Positions 14,004-25,928 of a stretch of 64,000 nucleotides of DNA are shown piece by piece (the stretch's first letter is position 1; each line of letters opens with the position of its first letter). The stretch spans positions 52,266,001 through 52,330,000 of the forward strand of contig CM060732.1 of assembly GCA_030704615.1 (NCBI GenBank), written 5' to 3'. A program made the position numbers and the translations under genes. Source of the stretch: Takakia lepidozioides. Taxonomy: Eukaryota; Plantae; Bryophyta. The notes under the pieces were generated by a model, which did not search any database, had not been told where the DNA came from, and was given only the letters and a program-made list of their open reading frames with translations.

Positions 14004-14747
14004 ATGGCCATGAACACGCTAATGGGTGACGGGAATCGTAGAGATGAGCATACTACTAGTAGTAAAGCATCCGGGCGAAGGCCACCGGCACTCAAGATTA
14101 GTAAGGAGTCGCGCTCCATCATTCGGAAACCAGGATTTCCACCGCCCCGCATCATCCACACCTACTCGCCCACGATCATCAAGACCGAGCCCCATAACTT
14201 TATGACGCTGGTGCAGAAACTGACAGGCTCCGCCTACACAAGCTCAATCTCAATGTATGAGAATGCTAGCAGGGCATTCCCCTCTGAAATTATGACTGCC
14301 TGCCCGCCACCTCAGCTAGCGTCGGAATCTTCATCTTCTTCCACATCCGGCTCATGCGAGTCGGGCTCCTACTCTTCGTCAGAGGGAGCTAATCAAGATT
14401 GGCATTCATTGAGAGGTTACATGCCTGCGCACGAGAGTATTCCTGAAGGTAGCGCTGTGAAAGCCATGGGAGCACTGCTGTCACCCTTCACCTCTCAAGT
14501 CTTGGCAGCACTGCCATCGCCGGCTAGCATGGCATCGATGAATGATCTGCCACTATTGTCACCAAGTGCTTTGTACACAACTCGTGATCAGGGAGGTTTT
14601 CCAAAGTCACAGCAATTTAGAGAACCCCTCTTCTCTCCAATAATATCACAGTCTCCGGCAAACTGGTCTCGCTTCTCTGCCGCGTTTCCATCTCCAGGGA
14701 GCACAATTGCATTCAACGATATGGCTTTCATGCTCGACTCACAATGA
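14004..14747 (+). CDS. VQ-motif protein (MKS1/VQ21-like), 247 aa, single exon
   Basis: FMTLVQKLTG fits FxxxVQxLTG and is preceded by RPPALKISKESRSIIRKP and IIHTYSPTIIKTEP. Ser/Pro-rich C-terminus with many SP sites. Confidence 0.9.
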   Translation: MAMNTLMGDGNRRDEHTTSSKASGRRPPALKISKESRSIIRKPGFPPPRIIHTYSPTIIKTEPHNFMTLVQKLTGSAYTSSISMYENASRAFPSEIMTACPPPQLASESSSSSTSGSCESGSYSSSEGANQDWHSLRGYMPAHESIPEGSAVKAMGALLSPFTSQVLAALPSPASMASMNDLPLLSPSALYTTRDQGGFPKSQQFREPLFSPIISQSPANWSRFSAAFPSPGSTIAFNDMAFMLDSQ

Positions 14748-16769
14748 CAGGACCTCAGCTTTGGAGTCCCGACCCTACTCCCAGTCTTTTTGCATATTAC
14801 ATGACATATGTATAGGGTTACTAAATAGGGTGCCTTGAGGTACTGGATAGAATCTGTTAGCATCTGAGGGTAATCTTCGATGTAGGAACCGAAATCTTTT
14901 GTGAGGATATAGATTCTAGAGAAAAAGGAGAATTTCAAATTTTTATGTGGGCGCCTGGTAATGCATGTACGATTGGAGATTGTGTGCACGCTACCAAGAT
15001 GCGGTAGCGACAAGTTACAACTGGTATCAATCACCTTGCGTCCTGCTCACACAGAAGATCAGCAGTTTTTTGGGTGAAAGGACTACAGATTCAGTTGTGT
15101 GACATGTTGATGTCTATAGATCTAGGTGTGAAGCTTGGTTATTCAATGGCAACAGATCTCCGCTTGAGGTATGTCAATGAGCTGCCTATAAGTTGAAGAT
15201 AAGGTTTTGTACAGTGTACTTAAGCAAAAGCCAGTTCCCTGAACTCGACTCGATCATGTAACATCGGTACGGTACATTTCTGTGTACACTCCTCATTAGT
15301 GGATTCAAGCGGTCGGGAGATGGATCAAATGCGTGCTCCGACCACAGAATTTTTACATCTGTGTAGCTCAAATTTTCTTATCAGTCTGTTAGATATCAGT
15401 GACTGAGCTGAGTACTTCAAATAGGATCGAGTTGTCTCGGTTGCAACCTTTGAATGTTCAAGGTTTCTTGAAATATCCTTGTATTGTTCAAATTTGAGTT
15501 TTGGAATGCAGATCTATCTGACAGTCGTGTGCAGCCAGGATTGTAGACCTTACGAATGGAGGTGAGGGGTGATATATGCTGTATCTAGACAGATCTATGT
15601 AGTGGATTTGAAAAAGCAGAAGAAATTTGATTTCGGATCACAAGTGCTCAGTGACTGTTTCGGACTATTCCAGGACAAATTTTTAGCCTGCAGAACCTGT
15701 CAAGTTTCAGTTTTTAGCTATTTCTTTCAATTGTCACAATCATTCTTATTTGGGTGTGAGATTTTTTTAATCTCGGTTATAGCACCAGTGGAAAATAGCC
15801 GTTGTACTACAAGAAACTTGATTTAGTGGCGTCTTTCAAATTTATAAGAGTATACATTCCTGCTATGTATACAAGCAGAACGATTTGCCAAGAAGCCTTC
15901 TTCCCTTTCTCTAATTGAAGACATTTGTTCTTTGATAATCTGGGATTCAACACACAAGTTTGAGAGTTAGGATGTGGAGTTGCCACTCAGTTTCCACACT
16001 GTTGATTGACTATAAAGATTGTAGCTTGCCACCAGAGTCTATGGTGGATCGAGAAACTACACCATACACTCCCAAACCCGCTCTTTTAGTCTCTTTAGCT
16101 CTGCATGAAGTCTATGATCAGCTCACTTACACGTCGCCCCCTGGCATTAGCTCTCTCTCGACCAACACTCCCTTTCGCGCCGGCGAAGTACTTCAAAGCC
16201 TTCTCAAGCAACAATCTACATATCTTCACACCTCCCATGTCCAGGCCATGTTAATCTCCTCTTTGGCCTTCAGTGAATTTAAAGCTGTTATGCATCCGAT
16301 CATTCTATTTCTTCCGTTTCATTTCCCCTAGCATGAAAATCTCAGCTCCCTCTGTAACTCGTTGGAAGGTAAACTTCCTTCCTTCCCACATGGTGCCCAC
16401 ATCTGTCGCTCTTTTTCACTTGATGTGGCCCCATTCCCCCTCTCGAAATAGCTATGACTGAGGTCAGTCTGCATGCCCGCTGGCAGCGGCATCGCTGCCA
16501 AGATTGCATGTGATCAGCTTCCAGCACGATGGATGGATGTTTTGAGCTGAGGAGTAATGAGAACATGGTCGAACCCTTGTTGAGGATTCGAACTTGGACC
16601 CAAAAGTCAAGATATGTAGTAGATGGGCACACAAGTCTTAGACAATCATAAAATCCGTAGATACTAACTCATTAATGCAAAGTTGGGCCCCGCACTGTCC
16701 CACCCCAGTTTCGGTAATGTTCTCCTCCTCTTTGTCGCATCCCTAGAAGATCCATGGAAGTCTGGGAAG

Positions 16770-16970
16770 TGGTGGCTGGTAAGTGCACAGTGTGTCGCCC
16801 TGGTGGTTCGGGGCTCAAACCGCTGCCCTGCCCCGCCTGTGCATTGTTCTTGTCTGGGCGTTGATCGTCCTGTAGGTCTCATGGCCCATAAATGAAAGGG
16901 GGTTGATTCTACCCCCTCCTCAAGGGCCTGAATTGTGGGCTCTCGCTGCGAGGTTTCCTTTAAAAAAAGA
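16770..16970 (+). mobile_element. tRNA-derived SINE-like repeat
   Basis: Homologous to 2371-2510. B-box-like GGCTCAAACC and an A-rich tail. Confidence 0.6.
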
Positions 16971-17115
16971 ATGGAAAAAGAAAAGTGGTGGCTCTGCTCT
17001 TGGGAATACCTTGCGATATTTTCCTGGCGCGCGTGATGTGTACAGTTTCGAAGGTTTTGTACTCTATTTCTCTCCTTGTGGGCGGGAATCGGGAGGTGTA
17101 GGAGAGGGGGAAGGC

Positions 17116-18997
17116 ATGGCAGTACCGGTGAACCCAGCAGAGCCGCCCCCGGAGGACCCCAGGACTCCACCTCAGCTGGACGATCTTATTCAGTTATGCT
17201 ATCTATCCCAGGGAGGGAGAGAAGTGTCTTGTGGGTCGGAATTTACTTGTAATAGAAAGGGGAGGGAGGGGGAAAGGAAAACCAAGTGCTTACTGACCAT
17301 CCCAGTGATCTCTAGATTCGAACTGACCGGACCAGACCAGAGCTGGTTGTGGGTTTCATCTACCAGGCTGGAGAGACAGCACTGTTTTCTGACACTCTTG
17401 GTTGAAGAGTGGGTTGCAGGCAGCCAGATATGGAGATGTGGAGGAAGTAGAAGCTGCTCTGTCACTGGGAACTTCTGTCGATTCCCAAGATATGCAGGGC
17501 CGCACTGGTAGTGGAAATTGCCCCTGGCCCCCTTCCCCTGTTTCTATGTGATGTTGGAGATAGATGTTGAGCTTTGCAAAGTGGAGGAGAACAAAGTTAA
17601 ACCCTAAATTTAGATAACTTAAGTACAGATTGTGTATGAAAGGTCTAAGGGTGAAAGAAAGTCAGCTTTTCTTTTACCCCATTCTGCCTTTCAAGGTTTG
17701 CATTATAGTCGAGTAGCTAGATTATGGGTAGCTTTTCAAGTACTAGCTTGATTCCCAATCTTGCTGTATTTCACTGGTGTATTGCTTGGCTGGCTGGGGT
17801 GTTGATGGGGCCAGCTCTTCACATGGCAGCAGCCAACGGGCATATTGATGTTGTGAAAGTTTTGCTGGACCATGGCGCTGTAAGTTTTGAAGTTCTAAAC
17901 CCTGGAGCATATTACTTCCAAGTCTATGTGCATTGCTGGATGATCTTTTCATTAAGCCTGATGTCCTAAACTTTATAGCTGTTATTGTGGTTGGATGTTC
18001 ACTATGGTTTCATTGTCACGCATTCCATTTCTACCTCACTTTGGTACTGGGTTGTGGACAACAGAGCCCCACACTGCCTTCATCTGTCATGGACAGTGGC
18101 TTTCTGACGTAATTGCAGAGTGTGAACGTTGGCAATATGGAGCAAAATACACCCCTTCATTATGCCACTCTCAATGGACACACCCAGGTCTGTTGATGGT
18201 TCTTTTCCCAGGGTATGCCAAAAGCATTGTCTCAAGATAATGCACGACCCCTGGGGGACTAAATACCTACTCAAAAGTGTAATGCTTATCCAATATACAG
18301 ATATATTAGCCTTGCAGCAGCCAATTCCATGGAATTTGGTGCCTACAAGTTGTGTAACAAGTACCTTAAGGGGTTGCCGTAGATGTCTATAGATACCACA
18401 GTAGTGGTACTGTCAAAGTGAAAGGAAGTGGTGAATGTAATTTTTTTGGTATATACTGAAGTGGAAAGGTTTTTGGGCAGGTGGTGCAAGAACTGATCGC
18501 CAAAGGTGCAAATGTCGCTGCACTTAATATGTAATCATCTCTCTCTCTGGTCCTAGTTATTGGGCAAACCACACACGGCAGGGTTGTGTAAAAGGATTTC
18601 TAGAGGCTATCTGGAAACCCGGATCAATTGTTTATTCCAAGGTAAGTCTTACTGCTGGCGTCAGCCCCTGACAAAGGTAGGTGCTGTTCCTTTGTGTTCC
18701 GCTCAACTGGGCGTGGGGTAAACGGCCACAAGGCTACGGCAAACAACTTCTTATGAGTACATTCTCTGGTTCTTCGTATGGATCCCCTAATGAGCATGGT
18801 AATCAGATTCGATGACTGTTCAGTTTGTGGCTGTCAAACAAGTTTTACAGGGTCATGATCTCTGCATGGGGTACAGGCATGAGCGAACACCATTGGATGA
18901 GGCAGTGAGTTGCGGAGACCGACGACTCATGGATGCCATCACTTCTGCAGCTGCAGCTGCATCTCTCGAATCTGCCAACATCAGTCAAGACCGTTGA
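17116..18997 (+). CDS. Small ankyrin-repeat protein (Yar1-like), about 156 aa, 6 exons
   Basis: Exons 17116-17193, 17420-17507, 17815-17879, 18119-18187, 18481-18530 and 18877-18997 splice in frame: LDDLIQ|AARYGDVEEV...GRT|ALHMAAANGH...|NTPLHYATLNGH...|ERTPLDEAV. The first donor reads TT rather than GT. Confidence 0.85.
18554..18762 (+). mobile_element. Short retroposon (longest copy) in ankyrin intron 5
   Basis: 3' end ggccacaaggctacggcaaacaac.tcttatgagtaca.tct is shared with 19636-19677 (-) and 41521-41591 (+). Imperfect TSD tctctggt(c/t)ct. Confidence 0.6.
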
Positions 18998-20654
18998 ATT
19001 CCTGTACCTCTCATGATGCAATTCGGAGACACGGCATATTGGATTTGGCTTATTGCAGATTCGTGGCCATACAGCCAATGGCGCCTTTGGATGTAGCAGA
19101 GAGAAGGGAGAAGGGCAGGGGAGAAGGGATCCACTTTAGTGAGCTCCTATAGTGGATTTATCTTAGTCTGTGTGATTGGGTCACTTGACAATTTCTCCTT
19201 GTACTCATACACTATGGGAGGAAACGACTTGGTATACAAGTATTTCTAGCAGCTTATAGGGAGAGGGCAAAGTTGTGGATAATTTTGGTAGAAGAGTCAA
19301 AGTGTACTTTGAGGTATCAAAGAGAGGAAAAGGTATCCATTTAAAAAAGACAGCAAGAGGTAATAATTGTGTATTCTTCTGGACCTTACAGCTGGGACAT
19401 ATCTGTGTCTGATGTAACCCCTTGGCTGTGGGGTTCTCACCTACTGGGTTGAAATCAACTAGATATACCAGAACTGTCTTGCACAGGCATCGACAATTCA
19501 GTTACAGGGCTGATGTAATGGTATTGGTATTGCACCAGGAAGAAAAATTGTCGAGGATGCACACCCTTGTGAGGCTGGGATTGAGTTTGGTTGATTTCTG
19601 CTCTTTTGGATTCCTCATAATGTGTTATTTGTGAATAGAATGTACTCATAAGACGTTGTTTGCCGTAGCCTTGTGGTATTTGTGAAAAGAGTGGATCAAT
19701 TGACTGTGCAGAACATCCATGGGCTAGAGAAGGAGGGGATGCCTCTGACATCCTTTTGGACATCTTGGTGCTTTCAAATATGCGTGAGTTCGTGAAGTGC
19801 ATCCGTCTGAAGCAAATTGCTTTAAGGGTAATCTAGTTTCCCTTATGTATCCATATGTAGGATATTACAAGTGCTTGGTTTAGGAGGTTAGATTTGACTT
19901 TGTTATTGTGATTCAAATCTTTATAGGAGGCGCCATGCCTCTGGGCTTGCTGTGGATGCCATAAAGGGCTAGGGGAAGTGTCTATTCTTTTCTGTTGGGT
20001 GCAGATCCATTTACTAGATTTCAAGCTCAGGAGCACCAATGAGATGCTGTGGGTTGATAGCTGCAAAAACGTGCGTCAACGGACGGGCGGTTGGAGAATC
20101 TGGAAGTAGCCAGGGGGAAGTATGTGGCTAGGCCTGGTGGGGGTCGTCGGGGCATTTCCAGTATGGCACTCCCTCCTCTTCAACAGATCCGCAAGTAGCC
20201 AGGGGGAAGTACGTGGCAAGGCCTGGTGAATGGGGATGGTCGGGACATGTCCAGTATGAGACTCTTCAACAGATCCTCCCAGACTTTTGAATTTCTTTTG
20301 CTAGGTGCAAAGGTGTCTCATTTAACTGTCATTCTTACAGACTATGTGCCACCTGTTGATATTCGAAGGAAGAGAGTCTTATATATTGCTGTGAACCAAT
20401 AGTTTCATCTCACATGGAGCAGAAAAGAAGTAGATTGGAGGGTGAGCAGGAAGTCACACCCAATTGGTTAGTTTTACATGGATCTTCTATTTGTTTTGTA
20501 ACCGAGTTGGTGCATTTGCTGTGAAAGTGCGCACCTGGAAGGGTGCCCAACCCAAAAACCTATGTTGCAAGGAGGCTGTCCTCATGAAGAGACCGTTCTT
20601 TGAAGTATTTAGGAGCTACTCAAGTCTGATTCTGACGAGTTTTCAGTATTGCAG

Positions 20655-22150
20655 GATGGCAGGGCTGAATCAGGCACAACTATCTGAACCATGCACCTCC
20701 ACCACAACCCCTACTATCCAAGCAGGGCCAAGAACGACTACATCTCGCTTAGCCATTCTTTCGAACATTTGCCGCGAAATCTTCATGTCCCCACATTTGG
20801 CATACATGTCAACAAGGGCAGTCTCCAGGATGATGTCAGGGACAATTCCTACTTTGATGATGTCAGCATGGACCTCTTTACCCTTTTCCAGGGCTGTCAG
20901 GCTAGCACATGCATTGACAATGAAAATGTAAGTCACCCTGTCAGGCATTACCCCTTCCTGTATCATTCACCCATACATCTCTAAGGCCTCCACACCCTTT
21001 CTGGTCATCCATTAGACCAAGTTCGGCTTCAAGCCTTCCTGTTGCATTTGTTGAAATAATTGCAGGGCCTCCCTAATACATCCATTGCTGAGCATACCCT
21101 GTGCCCACTCTTGTTGGGCCGTCTTGGCCAACACTTGATGGGCCTCCTTTATGCTCCTGCATTTGGCATACATATTGACCAGAGCCGTCTCCAGAATGAT
21201 ATCTGGCACAACTCCAGCTTTGATGATGTCAGCATGGATCTTTTTGCCCTTCACTAGGGCTCCCATGTTGGCACATGCATGTAGAATAGAAGTGAACATG
21301 ACCATGACCGTGCTGGGCGACAACCCTTCCCCTATCATCTGCTCACACATATCAAAGGCCTCCCTACCAAACCCATGCTTGGCATATGCTGTTATCATTG
21401 TACTTCACGTAAACATGTCTCGTTCAGCCATCTTGTCAAAGACTTGGCGTGCATCCACCACACTCCCACACTTTGCATACATGTTGACAAGGGTGTTGAG
21501 TAGAAAGATGCTTGATTGAACCAGCCTTGGCCATGCCTCTATTGGCTTCAGGGGGAAGAGACCTCAAATCCCACGAACCAGAGTAGTTGATATTGGCTCC
21601 GGCCATGGAATGCTGTAATTGCAGGATATGCTCAGCATGGGTGTAATAGGGAGGCCAAGGAGTTATTTGTGCAAATGCAACAGGAAGGCGTCAAACCAAA
21701 TGTGGTGTCATGGACTGCAATGATTGCAGGATGAGTATGGTAGGGAGGCTTTCACAAGCTATACGCAAATGATACCAGAAGGGGTATCACCCAACAGGGT
21801 CTCTTTCATTTGTGTTCGTAATGCGTGTGCAAGCCTGGCAGCCCTGGAAAAGGGCAAGGATGTCCATGCTGACATGGTCAGAGCTGGAATTGCACCACAT
21901 ACATTCTGGAGACTGCCCTTGCTGACATGTATGCAAAATGCGGAAGCATGAAGGATGCGCGTCAATCATTTTGGCTGTATGGTGGACCTTCTTGGCCGTG
22001 CAGGGTGCTTGGATGAGGCAGAGAAGTTTAGGGTTAACCAAACCCCAATGGAACCACATGCTGCTGTGTGGGCCTTGCTTGGGGCCTGCAGAATTCATGG
22101 CAACGTGGAAGTGGCAGAACGTGCAGCAAAATGGCTTGTCGAGTGGAGAT
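20655..22150. pseudogene. Scrambled PLS-PPR pseudogene with internal inversion
   Basis: The plus-strand exon start cag|GATGGCAGGGCTGAATCAGGCACAA matches 49470. PPR repeats then run on the minus strand (about 20735-21530), followed by plus-strand PPR, S2 and E remnants (21605-22150) with frameshifts. Confidence 0.85.
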
Positions 22151-22594
22151 AAAGTGCACCCTTGGTTTTCCTTAACCCTAATATACACACTGTATTGTAA
22201 GACGAGAGGAGACGAATATGAGTTCCAATAGCTGGTAGAGATGAAGCGGCAGCATCAAGGATTTGGGGTTTGTGCGTCCCAATGTATAGGGTTCACAGCA
22301 ACATCAAATGCAATATCTGTACCCATGAAGCAGTGCTTCCATAGCCTGAAGTCCTTTCTAGGTCAGGTGGCAGGCTCGCAGTGCTCCAAACAACAGTGAA
22401 TCAAGTTTGGAGAGCAGAAGTGTGAGCCACATATCACTTGCTGGGTCGCGGAGCTTTGTGTTATCTGAAAGTCTAGAGTATGAGGGTCGGTGTCACTCCT
22501 TCCTGTTCTGGGGGGTTACATGCTATGCCAGTTTCCAATACTTGGGTGCACAGTAAAAGGAGATTTCACGAAAGCTCCTTGTCTATCTGCACCT

Positions 22595-22870
22595 GAATTT
22601 CCATTTGCTTCAAATGCCTTCGCGCAATTCATACTCGAAAATCAAAGCTAGCATGCAGGTATCAGCTTCTATCAAATGTGAGTTCCTCCCGGTAGACAGG
22701 TCCACCAGGCGGTTTAAGAACGCCCCTGGTCCAGTTTGCAATGGATGCGAAAAAAGTGCCAGTTTGCAGGGTTGGGATATTCTCAGTGACCTGATCGTTC
22801 GTGATAGAACCTTCCGTACTCTCACCGACACCATTCATGGTTATTTGCTGACTGTCCGAGAGGATGAATT
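22595..22870 (-). pseudogene. Truncated paralog of the 33254-34783 coiled-coil gene (one N-terminal repeat only)
   Basis: NGVGESTEGSITNDQVTENIPTLQTGTFFASIANWTRGVLKPPGGPVYREEL aligns with HGVGESRNVSESAVMNDQVTESCEHIPTQQSGAFFASFAKRFKGAVLKPPSRSVDQEEL. It is followed by a stop/frameshift, an MNCAK remnant, and then loss of homology. Confidence 0.85.
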
Positions 22871-23243
22871 GTCGCAGCGTTGTACACAACATTCAGAGCT
22901 CTCTGTGTGCACACTCGATCCAGCTCACAGCTCACAGGTAGCTCGCAGCTTCTCGGTCGGTACCTGTAATAGGAACAAAAGATGCTTGAGCATTAATCTA
23001 CTGTTTTGGTTTCCTTACCGCCTATATGCAGCAGTCGGCAGTTACTTCTATAATCAAAATAAACTAGTTGACATGATGCAACTGTAGTATAGAATCAAAA
23101 TAAACTAATTAATGTGATGCAACTATAGTTTGGTTGACTGGACGTAACACAGAGTGCACATGAATTCAAGACTTGCACACATTTGCCCCAGCGATTTCTG
23201 CCATTCCCTCTCCGGTTTCCTTTCGAGCGAATAGCTTTGAAGA

Positions 23244-25928
23244 ATGGCGACGCCCGTGGTAGGTGGTTCAGATGCAAGGGTCGTGGCGAGTCTGGACTTC
23301 GGGACAACTTTCTCAGGATTTGCTTCAGTCCACACATCCGAGCCATCGAAAGTCTGGACATTCTATGAATGGCCTGAGCAAGCAAGCGGCGGTGGAAAAC
23401 CGTACTGCAAGACCCAGACTTCGCTGTACTATTCTGAAGACAAGGGGGGAAAGCTGAAGCTTGAGAGTTGGGGCTGGCCTGCTTCGGTCACTTACGCGAA
23501 AGTCTGTTCCACCCGGAAATCCAAGCAAGTTACTAAACAGGGAGTCGAGCTGGAGAAATCGAAGCAAGTTCCTACAAAGGAAGCCGATCCGGAGAAATGG
23601 AGGCAAGTTCCTACAAAGAAAGTCAACTTAGTAACGCATCAAGCAGGCTCCGAGAATGGACCGCTGTCCCCACAAACGTTGTCCGACAGCTTGGTAACTA
23701 GAACCGTGATAACAGAGCAGCAGGAAGTCGTGCTGGAGAAGTGGAAGCAAGTTCCTACAGAGGAAGAGCTGGAGAAATGGAAGCAAGTTCCTGTAAAGGA
23801 AGTCAAGCTGGTGAAATTACTCAATTTTCAACTAGCAGAATCTGAAGTTCCTGCACAGGATGTCAAAGTTGGCAACCTGACGCATTTCAAGCTTCATCAA
23901 GCAGGCTCCGAGAGTGACCCGCTGTCCACACAAACTTTGCCCGACGGCTTGAGAACTAGGACCGTGATAACAGAGCAGCAGGAAGTCGTGCGGGAGAAAT
24001 GGAAGCAAGTTCAGACTACACAGGAAGTTGAGCTGGAGAAATCGAACCCAGTTCGTACAAAGCAAGTCAAGCTGGAGAAGAAGTTCCACAAACAACATCT
24101 AGCAGGCTCTGAACCTGCAAAGGGAATCAAGCTGGAGAGGAAGTTCCACAAACTTCATGTCGGAGGCTCTGAAGTTCCTGCACAGGATGTCAAAGTTGGC
24201 AAGCTGGTAACGCATTTCAAGCTTCATCTAGCAGGTTCCGAGAACGGTACACTGTCCGCACAAGCTTTGCCCGACGGCTTGACAACTAGGACCGTAATAA
24301 CAGACTATCTGCGAGAGATATCCAAGTTTATCATGGTTCATCTCAAGAACCGCTACGGAAACCAATTAAGCATGCAGGAAGTCCAGTGGTGCTTGACTGT
24401 GCCTGCAATTTGGGACGACCAGGCCAAGCAGCGGATGATATTATTTGCTGAGGAGGCGGGTCTTGTTCGAGGTTCTAGCAATGACATTGCGGCGAGCCCG
24501 CATCCTCTTAAGATAGTCCTGGAGCCGGAGGCAGCGGCTGTGTACTGCCTCCAGAATTTGGAGGGCTTGTCATTTCGAGAGCAAGACAAATTCCTGACTG
24601 TCGACATTGGTGGAGGCACTGTCGATATAGTCGTTCATGAAAAGCTCCAGAGCGGTGACACAACTCTTGGGGTTCGTTCGTGTTGGTCCGAATCTTCGTG
24701 AATGTTTGTTCTGACGTCCATCTTGATTGAAAGTAGCACTTGTTTATTTGAGACCGCCTGATCTCAAACAGCCTTGCTAAAAGTATCTCTTCTCCTCGCT
24801 TGTTCCGTAACTGGCAGCGCCTGTGACGCCAGGTGCTGCGTTCCTTCTCATAAGGAGGCTTGATGTTACATGGTGGATCCAACCAAAGTTGACCTCCACA
24901 TGTGTGTATCAATTGTGCAGTTGAAGGAGGTGACAAGGAGCACAGGCGGTCTGTGCGGGGGAACGTATGTTGACAAGAACTTTCTGCAGCACCTTGCCGA
25001 GCGAATTGGCTGCCTACGCTCCTTCTTCGAGGAGAATCCTTTGACGTTGCTCTCGACACTTCGGTGGTGGGAGGGCATCAAAAGCACGTTCGATGGAACA
25101 CAGAACGCAACCTTCGACACACCCGCCAAGCTTGCCAAAGCCTGGGAGGTCTACGACAGCTACCAACGACTAGGAGAACCAGCTGAACATGGCTATGATG
25201 AGGTGGAGTTCACAGAGAGGGACTTGATGAGCATATTCGATCCGGTGGTGGAGCAGATCATTAAGCTCATCAAAGATGCACTTGATCAGGTCTGGGGGGA
25301 GGTGAAGGTCATCATGGCCGTTGGAGGGTTCTCTGCTAGTCCCTACTTGATGAGGAGATTGAAAACGGAGTTCCAGGACATCGTTGGAGAGGTCGTGAGC
25401 CCGCCCGATCCTGGCAGCGCGGTTTGCGTGGGTGCAGCAATGCTGGGCGTAGCTAAACAAGACATCATTCGTTCCCGGATCTGCAGAAAGACTTACGGTC
25501 AGCGTATAAGTAGAGAGTTTCTTCGTGGAGATCCGGTTAGCCAGCAGTTCACCAACGACGACGGCTATTTGATGTGCGATCACGTCTTTGATGTTTTCGT
25601 CCGAAATGGAGATGAGGTCCCCATCAATCACTCAGTCACTCAATCATTCTTTCCTGGCAGTCATCACGCAAAAACAATGCTGATCGACATCTACAGTACA
25701 ACCAAGAAAAGTCCCCAGTACACATGCGAGGAAGGCGTAGTGAAGGAGGGGGAATTCGTACTGGACATATCTGCAGGAATGCATCTGGACATGGAAAGAC
25801 TAGTGGAAGTGACGATGTTCTTTGGTCGGTCCAGCATTCAGGTGACGGCCAAGGGTGTCAACTTCGACACAACTAGCGGAGGAGCTGGGAACACTATTCC
25901 CGTGGCCTTCAGTGGGGACAACGAGTAA
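23244..25928 (+). CDS. HSPA12-type atypical Hsp70 (copy 1), about 811 aa, 2 exons
   Basis: Exons 23244-24671 and 24921-25928 (GT..AG, phase 0). Motifs DFGTTFSG, WCLTVPAIWDDQAKQRM, LEPEAAAVYC, DIGGGTVD, GGLCGGTYVD and VGGFSASPYL. About 230-aa repetitive insert in lobe I. Confidence 0.9.

Noticed and set aside
16903-17511. 202-aa ORF as a standalone gene
   Set aside because: It runs through a SINE, ankyrin exon 1 and intron, so the spliced ankyrin model explains it.
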